Shown here in pieces: positions 13,101 to 25,756 of a stretch of DNA of 64,000 nt. The stretch covers positions 23,621,504 through 23,685,503 of the forward strand of contig OZ037765.1 in NCBI GenBank assembly GCA_964035545.1. Reading direction: 5' to 3'. The notes under the pieces are model-generated. The model was not told where the DNA came from, did no database searches, and was given only the letters and a program-made list of their open reading frames with translations. Position 1 is the stretch's first letter. Each line of letters starts with the position of its first letter. Source of the DNA: Bugula neritina (Eukaryota; Animalia; Bryozoa). Both the position numbers and the translations under genes were made by a program.

Positions 13101-16100
13101 TGTTGATAAACATCGTCAAAAAGAGTCTACTAATTTTTGTTGTATCTAGTATAAATTGACATAAGTACTAACTAAATTCATTTCATTTACCGATAATCAC
13201 GGCAACATGTAATACAGGGCAGGCTTGTGTTTGGTGTAACAGTTAGATAGTTGTTGAATTTTTATACTCTGGTGTTTCAAATTTTTATTTTTGACTACTG
13301 ACTTAAGCACCCGGTACGTGTTTTTGGTGAATTTTAGTATTTATATTAAGGGTCTAAAATTTTCACATCGTGTATTGAATCATGGACTATAGGATATTTA
13401 AATAATAATTAATATCTATTACAAACTATTTTACCAATAGTTTGACTGTCAAATCTTACACTTCCTCATTATTGGCTCTAAACATAAGCTTATACAAGAT
13501 GACTTTGACTATTCATGAACTCTGTCTTATTAAAAGTTCTCTTCTTAGAGAACTTTAAAGGAATCATTAGTCTAGGCCCTAGGGAACTGGTAATGTATTT
13601 GCTAGTTTCAATTGCTGTCGAACCTTTGTTTGTTGATTTTAGAAATTTTGCCAAGATCCATTTTAATGGCAACGTTTGAGATGAACCCGTATCTACTGTG
13701 TGCGTTGGGAGATGGCTCTCTCTTCTATTTCCACCTGGACAAGGATACAGGTTAGTTCTTTGTCCTAACAGGCATGGCTACTGGCAGGCTGTCAACTATA
13801 AGGTTATGAAGTCATCAATCAATATGATGGATCTGTTACCAATTGCGGGATGTGAAAGCTTCTTCTGAACTGAAAATACTGCAACATCCTGGTTTTGAGA
13901 CAGGTGTGGTTGATGATCAATTCTGTCTCATACCGAATAATTTGGGGTTACAACTAGCTTCTCTAATGATATGTTATGCTGCACAGTGCCAATTATTTGA
14001 AATTAGTACTTTGCTAGCAAAAATTCACATGCCCTACCATTCTCCATTACATTCTTGCACCGTATCTGTGTCATTTCCAACTAAGCTCATGATTGTGTTG
14101 GTGATTTCTGATTAACCTCTTGGGTTGGTTTATATTTGATATAATCTGAGCCATCTCTTTTTAATAATGGTAAAACTATTTCAGTACATTTGCGTTCTTA
14201 TGCTATATTTATAGTCATGGCAATGGGACTTTGTGAATATTATTCATTTTTATGAGTTTAAAAACCTAATTCTACGGAAAATGAATTTGGTAGCTGGAAC
14301 ATATGCAGCTGGTTTTATTGATGCTCTCATTTATATCGACAGAAAAAAAATTAGGATATACTGAATCATCATCACCTTGTGGAATTCACATTGTATGATA
14401 ATACATATATGGCATTCAGATTGAAATAGACTTTTAGATTGTCATGTTTTATTTTTTTGGACCCAAATATTTGCATATAATTTAAAAAAACCTTGAGTTA
14501 CCTAAAATGTTACTAATACTTGTATTGGTATATAAAGTATTGACATTAGCGGAGAAATAATTTATAATACAAAATATAATAAATGCATAACATATTGGCT
14601 ATGTAAATTTTAAAATATAAGATACAATATTATGAGAAATACATGCACACAGTGACTAATATTGAAAATCAAATCTACACAGAAATCAAGAAGGAATATA
14701 CAACAAATATACATGACCACCAAATGGTGCAGGTATTATAATTAGACCTTTTCACAGTCATCAAAAGCAACCTTGACTTTTGCATCTTTGTTGCTGAGCA
14801 ACACAAGGTTGTGAAAACTATTAACATTCTTCAGTTGTGATTTCCTAAATGGGTAATGTAAATTACATAATGTAGAAAATATTTATAATTGTAGGTTATA
14901 CCATGTACAATGAAGGATATGCTGCAGCGATTGAGTACGTTTTGTTTCTGTTTTAGGTTTAGTTTCAGGCAAGAAGAAGGTGACATTAGGTACAAAGCCA
15001 ACATTTTTAAAGACATTCCAGTCTCAGACTGCCACATATGTATTCGCGTGCAGTGATAGACCCACAGTCATCTTCTCCAGTAACCACAAACTAGTATTTT
15101 CTAATGTGAATCTAAAGAATGTGACCTTCATGTGCCCCCTCAACACAGATATGTATCGGGACAGGTAAGAACTGTGGCTAAGGCACTGCTTCACATGTAT
15201 TGAAATTATATTCAATAGTCCTACAAGTGTACTACATATTACATGTTTTATTTAGTTTGGCTATCACAGATGATGGAAGTCTCACATTTGGTACAATAGA
15301 TGAAATACAAAGGCTGCATATTCGCACAATCCCCCTGCAGGAAACACCTCGTCGTATTGCATATCAGGAATCCACAGAAAGTTTTGGAGTGATAAGTATG
15401 AGGATAGATAAACAGGGTACCAATGGGCCGGAACCAGTCAGGCATAGCGCCAGTGAAATAGCAACCAACAGATCTTCTGCTACTAGCAAAGTATGTAGTA
15501 GGTTTTCTCAGAGTTAGTGTAGGGCCACACTAAATTAATTTCCACATATGAAATTGCATTTTATGAAAATTCCACCTACTTGCCACACACATTCTGTTGT
15601 CAAAGTGAGTGAAACTCAACTGACCAATTGTATTTTCCAATGGTGTTACTGCCCTGGTATAAAGTATTTCATGTTTAAATCCCACTCGCTATTCTCAATG
15701 ATGCAAAGTTGATTGAAATAAAAATGTAAAATTGAAACACTAAATAACAATCAGCCAATTATATCAATGCTACAGGAACTTTCCCCAGTGGTTTTCCAGC
15801 AGTTTGACGGCATGAAATCTGTACAGCACAATTTTTTGAGTATGTGAAATTCGTATAAAGTAGTTTCACTGGGTTTATACTGGAGCCGTATGATGCGCTC
15901 CTATTATATATAGTCAGTTACTTATCTTTAGTTATTTCTAGAACTGCATATCTAACATATGAATCTACATTAACACTGCAGATTAACATTTTGCTTTGGA
16001 AAATGTTCAAGTCTAAATTTCATAGCTGCTATGTTTCATGAATCTTATCCCATTTAAATAGAGAGACCTTTCTTATGTAGGTGTTGGCTTCAGCAGTTGG

Positions 16101-19100
16101 TGCTTCTGGGGAACATAATATTGGAGATGAGGTGGAAATTTTTTCTATTCTCTTCTTAGATCAGCAAACATTTACAAGCAAGTATTTTCGGTCAACGATT
16201 ATTGTCAAATCATTTTTGTCTCTTTGGGATTAAAACAAGTCATTGGCAACAGAAGTTTCCTTCTATCGACAATATGCAAAATCTTAATAACTTAAATGCT
16301 TTTGAGAGCAATGTTAGCAGTCCAAGTACTGGCCTAGCATGCTGGGCCATGCTGGACTGAGCTCATTGGTGATATCAGGGAGAGCATCTGGTCATAATTG
16401 CTCCTGTGTCTTACTGAAAACCCTCAAGCCATGTTGCCAGCATGGTTTAAGGTAAAGTTCTTGTAACAGCGCCGGCCTCTGATTTTTATTGCATATACAC
16501 GTAAGTTTTACTTTGTATATTCTCGAGCTTTTTAAAAATATTTAAGCCGAAGTATTTTTCATACTATTTTATTATGCCAACACTGTTTGTGCACAGCAAG
16601 TACAACTAGATTATATTACTTTTTAATTGTACATGATCTCCTATATTGTAGTCACACATGCTCATCAGCTGCTACTGAATGAGTACGCTGTGTGTATCAC
16701 CTCAACTAGGCTGGGTACTGATGCCGACCCCTACTATATAGTTGGCACAGCTTTAATCTCTCCTGAAGAATCTGAGCCTACACAAGGAAGAATCATTGTC
16801 TTCTCCTACTTGGATGGTTGGTAATTCTATTGTAAGACTGGGCGGCGATTCTGTTATTTTAGCTGCATTGTATTTAGCAACATCTAAATACTTCTCTAAA
16901 GTTGTGTTTATATCTTCACAATTTTCAGTCAGAAATGCAATTTGGCCGAGTTGAAATTTCACCGAGTTACATTGCATTGTAAAAGCCACTGGTCCAAATT
17001 TTTGTGCTATGATTACTTAATCGACGGATTTTAAAATAATAATCAAAAGGAATAGTAACTCCTTGTCAGTATCGGTATTTTATTATGACTTTGGCAATTA
17101 GATGACCTACTTATATGTTTATAATTATATCGGCTAAGATTTCTCAATTACCGCTTTTATGCTGTCAACTGTACTAATTCACTACGTATTCAAAGGGCAT
17201 CAAATAGTGATTAAGCGAATTATATTTTGCTATTAGAAAGTGAGCTTCCGCATCAATCTGCTTTCAACGAGTTTCAGTAAAACTGTAACTCAGGCGAGTA
17301 AAATTAATTGAGACTCGGAACTTTTTTCAGCAAAGGTATAAATGCAACTTAAGACTAAATTTAGTTTCTCTTTAATAACTGTTGTAGACTTTTTTATGTA
17401 ATAATTGGACATCTTCCATCGAAACACATTTATGATATAGAAGTTAGTTTATGTTCCTCAGAGCAGTGTTTTGTATCCTAATTTGTTAATCTGTAGGTAA
17501 ACTAAACACTATAACTGAGAAGGAAATTAAGGGAGCACCCTATGCCCTTTGTCCAATGGTTATGGCTGATGGCACAATAAAGTTGCTTGCCGGAATTAAC
17601 AGCACTGTAAGAGCTGAACTCAAATAATAAATAAAGTTGTGACATTAACATTTTTGTGTGACAGACTTGCCTATATAATATTAAATGCTGCATCAATGTT
17701 TAGCCGTTGAATAAATACTCTGGGCTGTGGGAAACATAAATTACATGTGCTCTAGAATTTAAAATAAAGTAACTTGCACTGTTTCTTTACCTAATGTTTT
17801 GTATTACAGTTTCATAAAGACATATATAAATTTCAATATATTATAATGTATGTTTATATATTATGCATGTAGGCAATAATTATTGACTCTATGAGTTGTT
17901 ATTTTTATCTGTGGCAAAAATTATTCAAAGAATTTTTTTTTTAAATTTTCTGATAATGTTATGAAGTGACGTAATAGTTTACAGAATGTTGTGCTTCTCT
18001 CAGGTTCGTCTCTTTGAATGGACAGCGGATAAGGAGCTGAGGCCCGAGTGTCAGCATTCAAACAATATAGTCTCTCTGTATATCAAAGTGAAAGGGGAGT
18101 TTATCCTTGTTGGTGACATGATGAGATCGGTAAGCAGATTATATTGTATCTCGTATAATACACATGCTATTGAGATGTGTGTAAGGTATCCTGTGTGTGT
18201 ATGTACAATTGTACTTTGGGCAATGTCATTTATATGTACATGCATGTAACGTGTACTATGCGACATGTGTGTGTACTGTGTATACAATTTTACTTTGGGC
18301 AATGTCACACATGTGATATTGTGGGTTTATTTTTGATACTCCTTGTGAAAGTTTAAAAATAAGATATTTGATCATGACTTCAACTATAACTTCAATATTG
18401 CTGATTGGGCAATAGCCATGTCTTTTATAGGCTTGTTATGGAAGTAGGTTTTAGATTCTAGAATTTTCCATTAAAACTTGCAAAAATATCTTTTTTCTCT
18501 GTCAAATTTCTGAATTGTATGAAGGTATTAAGTAGCTGTTTATGTGGAGCACAACTGTTTCCAACAGAGTAGTAAAATGCAGTAATATAATAATATACAA
18601 AGGGCAAGCTCTCCACATGAACTGCTCAACATTATTATTATTATAGGAATTCAGACTTTTGACATATTATATGAGTTACAAGCTCCTTCAGCTCTTTGCA
18701 GAGTAATCAATATTGATTGTTGATATTTAATTAACTTTTTTTATCTTAGAAAACTAATTTTAATCTGAAAATGAACTATATTGTAATACATGAGTATATA
18801 AGAATATTAATATGTAAATAATGACCGATTACTATACATATATATAATATTAAGTATGATATTAAATATGTTGAATTATACATTTTTCGTTCAATAAGTT
18901 CATGAATACTTTCAGTATAACAGATGTATGATGAACAGGTGCATGTTATATTATGAAACTATTTAAATTACATTTTAAGTTTTTGTCTTTCTAGATGACC
19001 GTCCTTGTGTATAAACCAGCTGAGGGTCAGTTAGAGGAAATAGCTCGGGATTTCAACCCCAACTGGATGTCAGCCATAGAAATTATCGATGACGATATAT

Positions 19101-21531
19101 TTATTGGTACTGAAAACAATATGAACATGTTCACATGTCAAAAAGATAGGTAATGCTTTACCTGATATTAGGTATCTCAGTATGTATGACTGATTTACTG
19201 ATATAAGTCAATAAATATGATTGGCTTATATTTATTCTTGTCTTTATTTTTTGTTAAACTATTGTCTAAGAACATGTTACAATCCATACTTGGAATTTTC
19301 ATCTCTTTGGCAATATTTATATAAATAGTTTCAACTAAAATATACACTACTGTTTGCTCTTGTTTATTATTTCACTTTTCTTTCTTAATTATTTGATATG
19401 GTAGTAAATTGACAGAGAAGATAACTTCTAAAAGGTTGCAAATGCATTTAGCAGCTCCCATACTATTCTCTATAGCTTTGCGTGTCCCTTCATACTATTA
19501 TAATATGATGCTGAGTTTCCTCACTTGTAGCGCCTCTACGTCTGACGAAGACCGGCAGCATCTGCTCACCACTGGACTCTACCATCTCGGAGATTTCGTC
19601 AACGTCTTCAGACACGGCTCTCTGGTTATGCACCATCACCTGATAGAGAATAGCAGTCCCATCAGCAAACCTATTCTCTTTGGTACAGTCAACGGTGCAA
19701 TTGGTAGGTCTTGCTCTGCTTTACTTTCACTCTTTTGATTTATGATTTTGTAGTAGTAGTAAAAGTTATACAAATTAATCTGTAAGTGGTTAACAGTTTT
19801 GTCAGCCAATCCAGCTTTCAGTTGCTAATTGCAGAAAAAATGCAATGCATATTTTGTTGAATAATTAACCATGAGGCAATAAAGCATCTGAATAATGTAG
19901 AGTTGATTGTTTATCTCTTATGTATTTGAAAAAAATGTTTGTTTTCATATGATGTTACATTGATGGCCCGTCTAGACTACAGGTTGAAATGAACTGCCAG
20001 CGCTTTTTGAGTTTTCTTACTTGCTTTTTTCCTTGACTCTGGTTTGTCTACTTGTTATAAAGTAATGCTTAGCCAATTAATTAACGTTCAGAATAACACC
20101 TTGTAATGGTTGTACCTTTCTAGCGTTATTTGGTGTGTCTTGCAGGTCTGGTTGTTCAACTTCCTCCTGAATTTTATGTGTTTCTGAAAGACCTCCAGGA
20201 AAGAATAGCCTCCGTCATCAGAAGTATTGGCAAAATAGAGCATTCATTATATCCTTTATTTCACATACCTGTGATAACTAGCTTAGGGTGTCAATGCAAT
20301 AGGCTGTCATGATGTGTGTATGGTGTAATGCTATTCACACTATGGCTATAAGTAAGTGTTCATTGTTACTTTAGAGTGTTGAATTTCTCACCTTTTTAAC
20401 TGTTCACCCTACAAGCTGTCATTGCATAGCCATTCTAGTCTTAGCCAATCACATTGCAGTTTCTGCCTGCTTGCAATAACAAATAGTCAGAATCAGCACC
20501 ACATTTTAGCCAATTTATTTGCATAATTTAGATTAGATTTAAAAACATTATTTAGTCAGATTTATTAATAGGGTTTTAAAAATACGATTTGGGCTTTATA
20601 CATTTCAAATAAATCTAATAATTATCTTTACACCGGCACAAGAAGAGAAATTCAACACTCACAACAACTAATTAAATTTATTCACTATTGAGTAGCAATG
20701 AATGCTCCTTCAGCTGTAGTTTCGGGCCTAAGAGTTTACAGTTTGCTGTCATGGTGGTTTAGCTCGTTCTAATAAACTGTGATTTCAGTGCCTTAACTAG
20801 TCACTTACCCTTGCTTTAAGCATTAAGAACTATGTTGGTTATTTATACCATTAACTGTGATCTGTAATAGTAGATTTAGTATACAACTTAGTTGTGCTAG
20901 CTAACTAATGATTAAACATTGTCTTCCATACAATGGTTAATAGTTAAATCACTGCATTTAGAATTAGATTTGGCAGTCTTAAATATTTATAATGTTCCTT
21001 GACTAATTGATGTATACTTGGAGGCAATTTACCACTGAAAGAAAAGTTATACAAGATTGTAAAGGGTTTATAGATGGGGATCTCATAGAAAACTTTCTGG
21101 ATCTCAGTCAAGACAAGAAACAGGATGTAGTCAATGGTTTGAAGGTAATCATGTTTTATGTGTTATCTCGGATTGGAGAAACAGTTTAAACTATTGCAAG
21201 TTTGTTCGTAATGTAAATCAAAACAGTTTCCTTAGATTTCTGATATAACTTTTTTTTAAAAAAGCATATCCTAATTATTTAGTTTTATTATAAACAACTA
21301 GACATTTTAACATTGGCTAGATATCAGGAACTATAAAAAAATTTTTTTGTGAAATCATTATTCAACAAAATCGGATATAGAGCCAAACTGTAAAAGCTGC
21401 AACAATAGTGTTTGCTTTTGTGTAGCTTGTAGACTTTTTGTTTGCAGATAGATGATGAAAGTGGAATGACGAAAGATGCAACTGTTGATGATATAACAAA
21501 GATTGTTGAGGATTTGACAAGAATACATTAA
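7183..21531 (+). CDS. DDB1: DNA damage-binding protein 1 (CRL4 adaptor), 24 exons, ~1150 aa
   Basis: Exons 7183-7243, 7769-7917, 8118-8395, 8754-8944, 9163-9310, 10013-10124, 10554-10637, 10903-11080, 11201-11315, 11466-11574, 11911-12089, 12273-12430, 13643-13750, 14957-15164, 15256-15490, 16081-16177, 16652-16816, 17497-17606, 18004-18129, 18995-19149, 19531-19703, 20146-20248, 21018-21144, 21448-21531 sum to 3453 nt in one frame. Hallmark peptides [57 protein letters not shown] and C-terminal VEDLTRIH. Confidence 0.97.
11575..11910 (+). other. GC-AG intron (DDB1 intron 10)
   Basis: CAG|GCAAGT donor gives QILQ|[10 protein letters not shown] in frame; the nearby GT at 11579 would frameshift. 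Confidence 0.85.
16178..16651 (+). other. GC-AG intron (DDB1 intron 16)
   Basis: CAA|GCAAGT donor gives DQQTFT-I-THAHQ in frame; the GT at 16182 is out of phase with the acceptor. Confidence 0.75.
16377..16408 (+). repeat. Short dispersed repeat fragment (possible SINE core); second copy at 22071-22100
   Basis: agggagagcatctggtcataattgctcctgtg vs aggaagggtatccagtc-aattgctcctgtg. Confidence 0.4.
20249..21017 (+). other. U12-type (minor spliceosome) AT-AC intron, DDB1 intron 22
   Basis: 5' site ATATCCTTT, branch site TTCCTTGAC at 20995-21003, terminal AC at 21016-21017; splicing restores KIEHS-F-WRQF. Confidence 0.95.
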
Positions 21532-21621
21532 CTGCCCAATTAAATGCCTACTACTATCTCATTAATGTCATTCTTCAATATATTTTTATGGACATGAGTT
21601 TATATATTTGTTTGATACTAT

Positions 21622-21639
21622 GGGGGGGGGGGGGGGGGG
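21622..21639 (+). repeat. G18 homopolymer in the presumptive DDB1 3' UTR
   Basis: 18 consecutive G, 90 nt after the stop codon. Confidence 0.9.
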
Positions 21640-21877
21640 CTCTCTTTCCACAGTATACCAATAATCAATTCTAACAACTGGAAGCCTTTTCCACTAGCTT
21701 AAAAAATGTCGTTAATGGATTTCTGAGTGCAGTTTCTGTACATATATTGTTGTGCTCTATTTAGTAATTGCTTCTGCATTTCATTTGTACGTTTATAAAA
21801 AATTACCCTTAATATGTATTTTGATGCTACCTTAAATTTACAATTAAATACAATTATTCAGTTTGTATTCAAATACC

Positions 21878-21947
21878 ACCATTTAGTTTATATTTTTCTC
21901 ACCTATCCGCTTTGTCCTGTTCGGTAGCGGGACCATTTAGTTTATAT
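21878..21947 (-). mobile_element. 38-bp insertion with 16-bp target-site duplication; probably a 5'-truncated retroposon 3' end
   Basis: ACCATTTAGTTTATAT at 21878-21893 and 21932-21947 flanks an insert with a CCGCT...AGCGG stem and an A-rich end on the minus strand. Confidence 0.6.
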
Positions 21948-23351
21948 AATGTGGATATAATTGAAATAAAAAATGGAGTTCTAAAAAAAATTAAAACTCT
22001 AAATTGAGTAGAACATTGAATTGAATTTGTTTAGAAACTTCCATCCCCAGGAAAAATCATTAATGATGTTAGGAAGGGTATCCAGTCAATTGCTCCTGTG
22101 CTACAAATGAATAAGTCCTTAGCCTGCTTTAAAAACATCAGTGGTTCTTACAGGGATAGTGACTATAAACTTGCATGAGTTTTGCATGAGATATGCTAGA
22201 CAGTAGAGCACAGCCTCCAAAAACTGGTAATCCTTCACAAATTAACAAATAAAACCTGAAGTTATCAGAATGAACTTTTATATATGAAACTGATGTGTAT
22301 GACTGGTGGGAGGCAGTATTGGGAGACAGAAAGCACATATGGGCCAGTCGACTGTGATGAGTAGCAGTTTCAGAGATCTTACTAAGCTGCACTTGGTGAA
22401 TGTATAACATGACCATCAAGGATGATGACTAGTGTAAAGCTAGGCTAAAGGATACAGAGAGTTGGCCCATGGCTTACTTCTTTTCCTGGGAACTGTTCAC
22501 ATCACCAAGTGAAATGGTAAAACCAATCCAGTGCAAAATATAAAAAAAGAAAGCCCCACTTTTGGAAGTTTAAAACCTGGGGCTCAGATGACTCTTTGCA
22601 AATAATATACAACTTTGATATTTACCATGTGAATGCAGTAAGCTAGATTAGGGCCTGGTGTTGTCTTGAAACCTACAGAAACTCTACAAAACAATGCACT
22701 CTATAAAATATATGCTGACCACTTTTTGACTGCCACAAAGTTAATAAATGCTGTGAAAGAAAGAATACTATTATGTTTTATACAATACAGTTAAAAAAAC
22801 AAGATGGCCAAATATAAATTTATGAAGTAGAGACAGCTAAAACTCGCTGAACAAGGAGTAGAGGAGAACTACAATATAGTTGTTGTTTGCTGGTATGGTA
22901 ACCAAGCTGTAAGCATTAATATCTCATCTGTTATTAAATTAGAGTCAACAAAACAAGCTAAACCACGAGAAAAAAGATAAAGAGCTATAAAGAATCAAAC
23001 ATTCTCTCTGCCAACAAGTTTTGATTCCTCATAGCAAAAATAAGGGTGGTGTTGGCTTGTCTTAATTCCTTTGCCGCTGCATACAGATTCAAGTTTAGAT
23101 CTCATGCATGTACTTGTTCTAGTGTAATCTGATGCCTATCATTAGTAAATTCATAGAACATTTACCAACTGGAATACTCGCTACCTACTGTGTATGGGTG
23201 CTAAACAAAGGGACAAGTTAAGACAGCAGAGATTTCATGTTTGAGTATATATATGTACCATTTTACTTGCTGTTTTCTGCTGGGTAATTAGACAAACACA
23301 TAAAGTTAGTTATTCAACTTTAGGTTAGCTGCAGCAAATGCCTTTACCTAA

Positions 23352-23464
<113 letters not shown>

Positions 23465-23877
23465 TTATCTTCATGTTATAAGATAGCTCAGGGAGACATT
23501 GTTCAAACTCTACTTGCAAGCTAGAGAGAAAATCTGGAAGCCTCTAATTTAAGGCCATGTTGGCAGTTACAAATGTATATGTTTAATTATATAAACTTTT
23601 CTTGGCAGTTGCTTTTGAAAATTACTTCAATTGAAATGGAGGCATATTTGTTTCTATATTTGCTAGCTAAAACAATAGAAATTACATTCTAATTACTATT
23701 ATGAATAAAATTGTATAGTAAGAACTACATGTTGCATCATTTTTTAAGCATATATAATATATAAATAACAACAGCAGTTGAAACAGAAAGTTAGTAAGAA
23801 ATCCTAGAGGTACTGGTGATCATTAGCATAAAATTTAGTCTGTTACAAAGTTATAATAACTGTTGCTACATCCATAG

Positions 23878-25680
23878 TCAAGTTTTGCACTTTTCTTTTT
23901 CCATAGTGTTTTGACAAGATAATTCTAAGTGCTTAGTAAGATATGACTTGACTGCAAATGTTTTGCTGCACTTTTCACATTTAAACTCTTTATCTTCAGC
24001 ATGTGTCTGTATGTGAGCTCGCAAGTTTGACTTATCAGCAAATCTCTTTTCGCAGTGCAGACATTGGAACGGTCTTTCACCAGTATGAGATCTCATATGT
24101 CCTTGCAACAACCACGGTCTGCTGAAGGCTTTATTGCACATAGTGCAGGTGTGTACCAGTTTATGAGTCAGAATGTGCATAGATAGAGCTGGCATGCTAA
24201 CATAAACTTTGTCACAGTGAGGACACTTCTTGGCCTGACCGCTGCTCAAGCTACGATGCGTCTGTTTATGTCTGGAGAGATTTGAAGAAGTGGCATAGTG
24301 TTTCCCACATTCAGTACACAAATACTTGGTTAAACTGTGATGGGGTAACTGATTATCAGTTTGATAATATTTTTGCTTTCTGCGCATGGACCTGCCATCA
24401 GCAGTTAATATTGTTTGGTCTTTTATTGGCTTTGCTTGCTGTCCAGGACTGTTGCTGTGTTGCCTCTCTATACTGTGATTAATCTGTAATGGTGTATGCT
24501 TACTTTCACATTCCTTACTCGGACTTTTTAGACTGAAATCCAAAGGTTCTTCATTGGTCTCTACAATATTCCATAAAACATTTGATTACTTATGTATCCA
24601 ACAGTAGGCGGTTTGCAAGGTTCTATGAGTGATTCGAGGTAGAATCTGAGGCTGTATGGCTTTTCTGCATATAATTTCTCTATTAGGTGCATACTCAAAA
24701 AAGGAACTTTATGTTTGTTGGTGGCAGTGCATTAAATAATATTAGGTGTAGATATAAAATGATCTGTTCAATAAGCATTTACACATAGCATCATTAAATA
24801 AAATGTCTAATTTTATATAAAATAATTATTTTAAAAATGCTGATGTTGCTCTTAACGATATTTATGTTTGTAATCTATGGTCTAAAAATATACTCAAATT
24901 AAATTGAATAGTAGAAATTAGAACATAATGCAAGTAGCATGTTATTGCCCAGCATATACACTACTTATAATATATGAGTTACTCATTGCTTATTGATGAT
25001 TGAAAATGTATCAAGGGTCTACAGTACAAGTCATTTGTTTTAAGGTTGGTTTACTAATTTTACTAAAAACTTCTATAGCTACTAAAGCTCATTAAGTCTT
25101 GCCGAGATTAAACTAGTATAATTGAAAATTTTCACCACCTGTGTTGAGTTCCAGTTAAAACAATGAAAAATAGCAAAACCTACTCTGTGTAAATTACATG
25201 TATAGGCCTACTAATGCAGTTTTGTCATTAATATTTATATATTGTTATATAGAACTTTAAATAGCTACTTCCTTGTGACTGGGATGGTGCCTAACATACT
25301 TGCTGGTGACAATTTGTCATCTTTCAATTCTCTTGACCTACTCTGTCATTTACTATAATAATAACTATATTTGTATTAATTTGTATCTATTACTTAATGA
25401 AGAAATTAAATATAACTCATATGCTTAGTTATCTTGCCATAAAATGCACTTGACAAATAGATGCGAAACAGTATTTTATTTGAACACTGCATATACTGTT
25501 TGAAATGAGGCAACAGCCCAGTACAAACTTACAAAATGGTTTATTTTAAGATTTTATTTTGCAAGTTTATGCATTCAAGCAAATAAAAAAGAAATTAAAT
25601 AAAAACAGTTTTCTGGGTCCCAGTTATGAAAAATTCGACAATACCAACGTACGTGGTAGTTTGTGGCTTGTATAGCATTA

Positions 25681-25756
<76 letters not shown>

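Noticed and set aside
13820-13875. Possible intronic C/D-box snoRNA (ATGATG...CTGA) in DDB1
   Set aside because: Imperfect C box, too short, and no terminal stem or guide sequence identified.
18201-18308. Local ~28-bp duplication in DDB1 intron 19, and a similar one at ~33598/33823 in SPATA22 introns
   Set aside because: Ordinary short intronic duplications with no further structure.
24590-24666. Possible extra scratch exon
   Set aside because: Would leave an intron under 30 nt and does not match the phase of exon 2.
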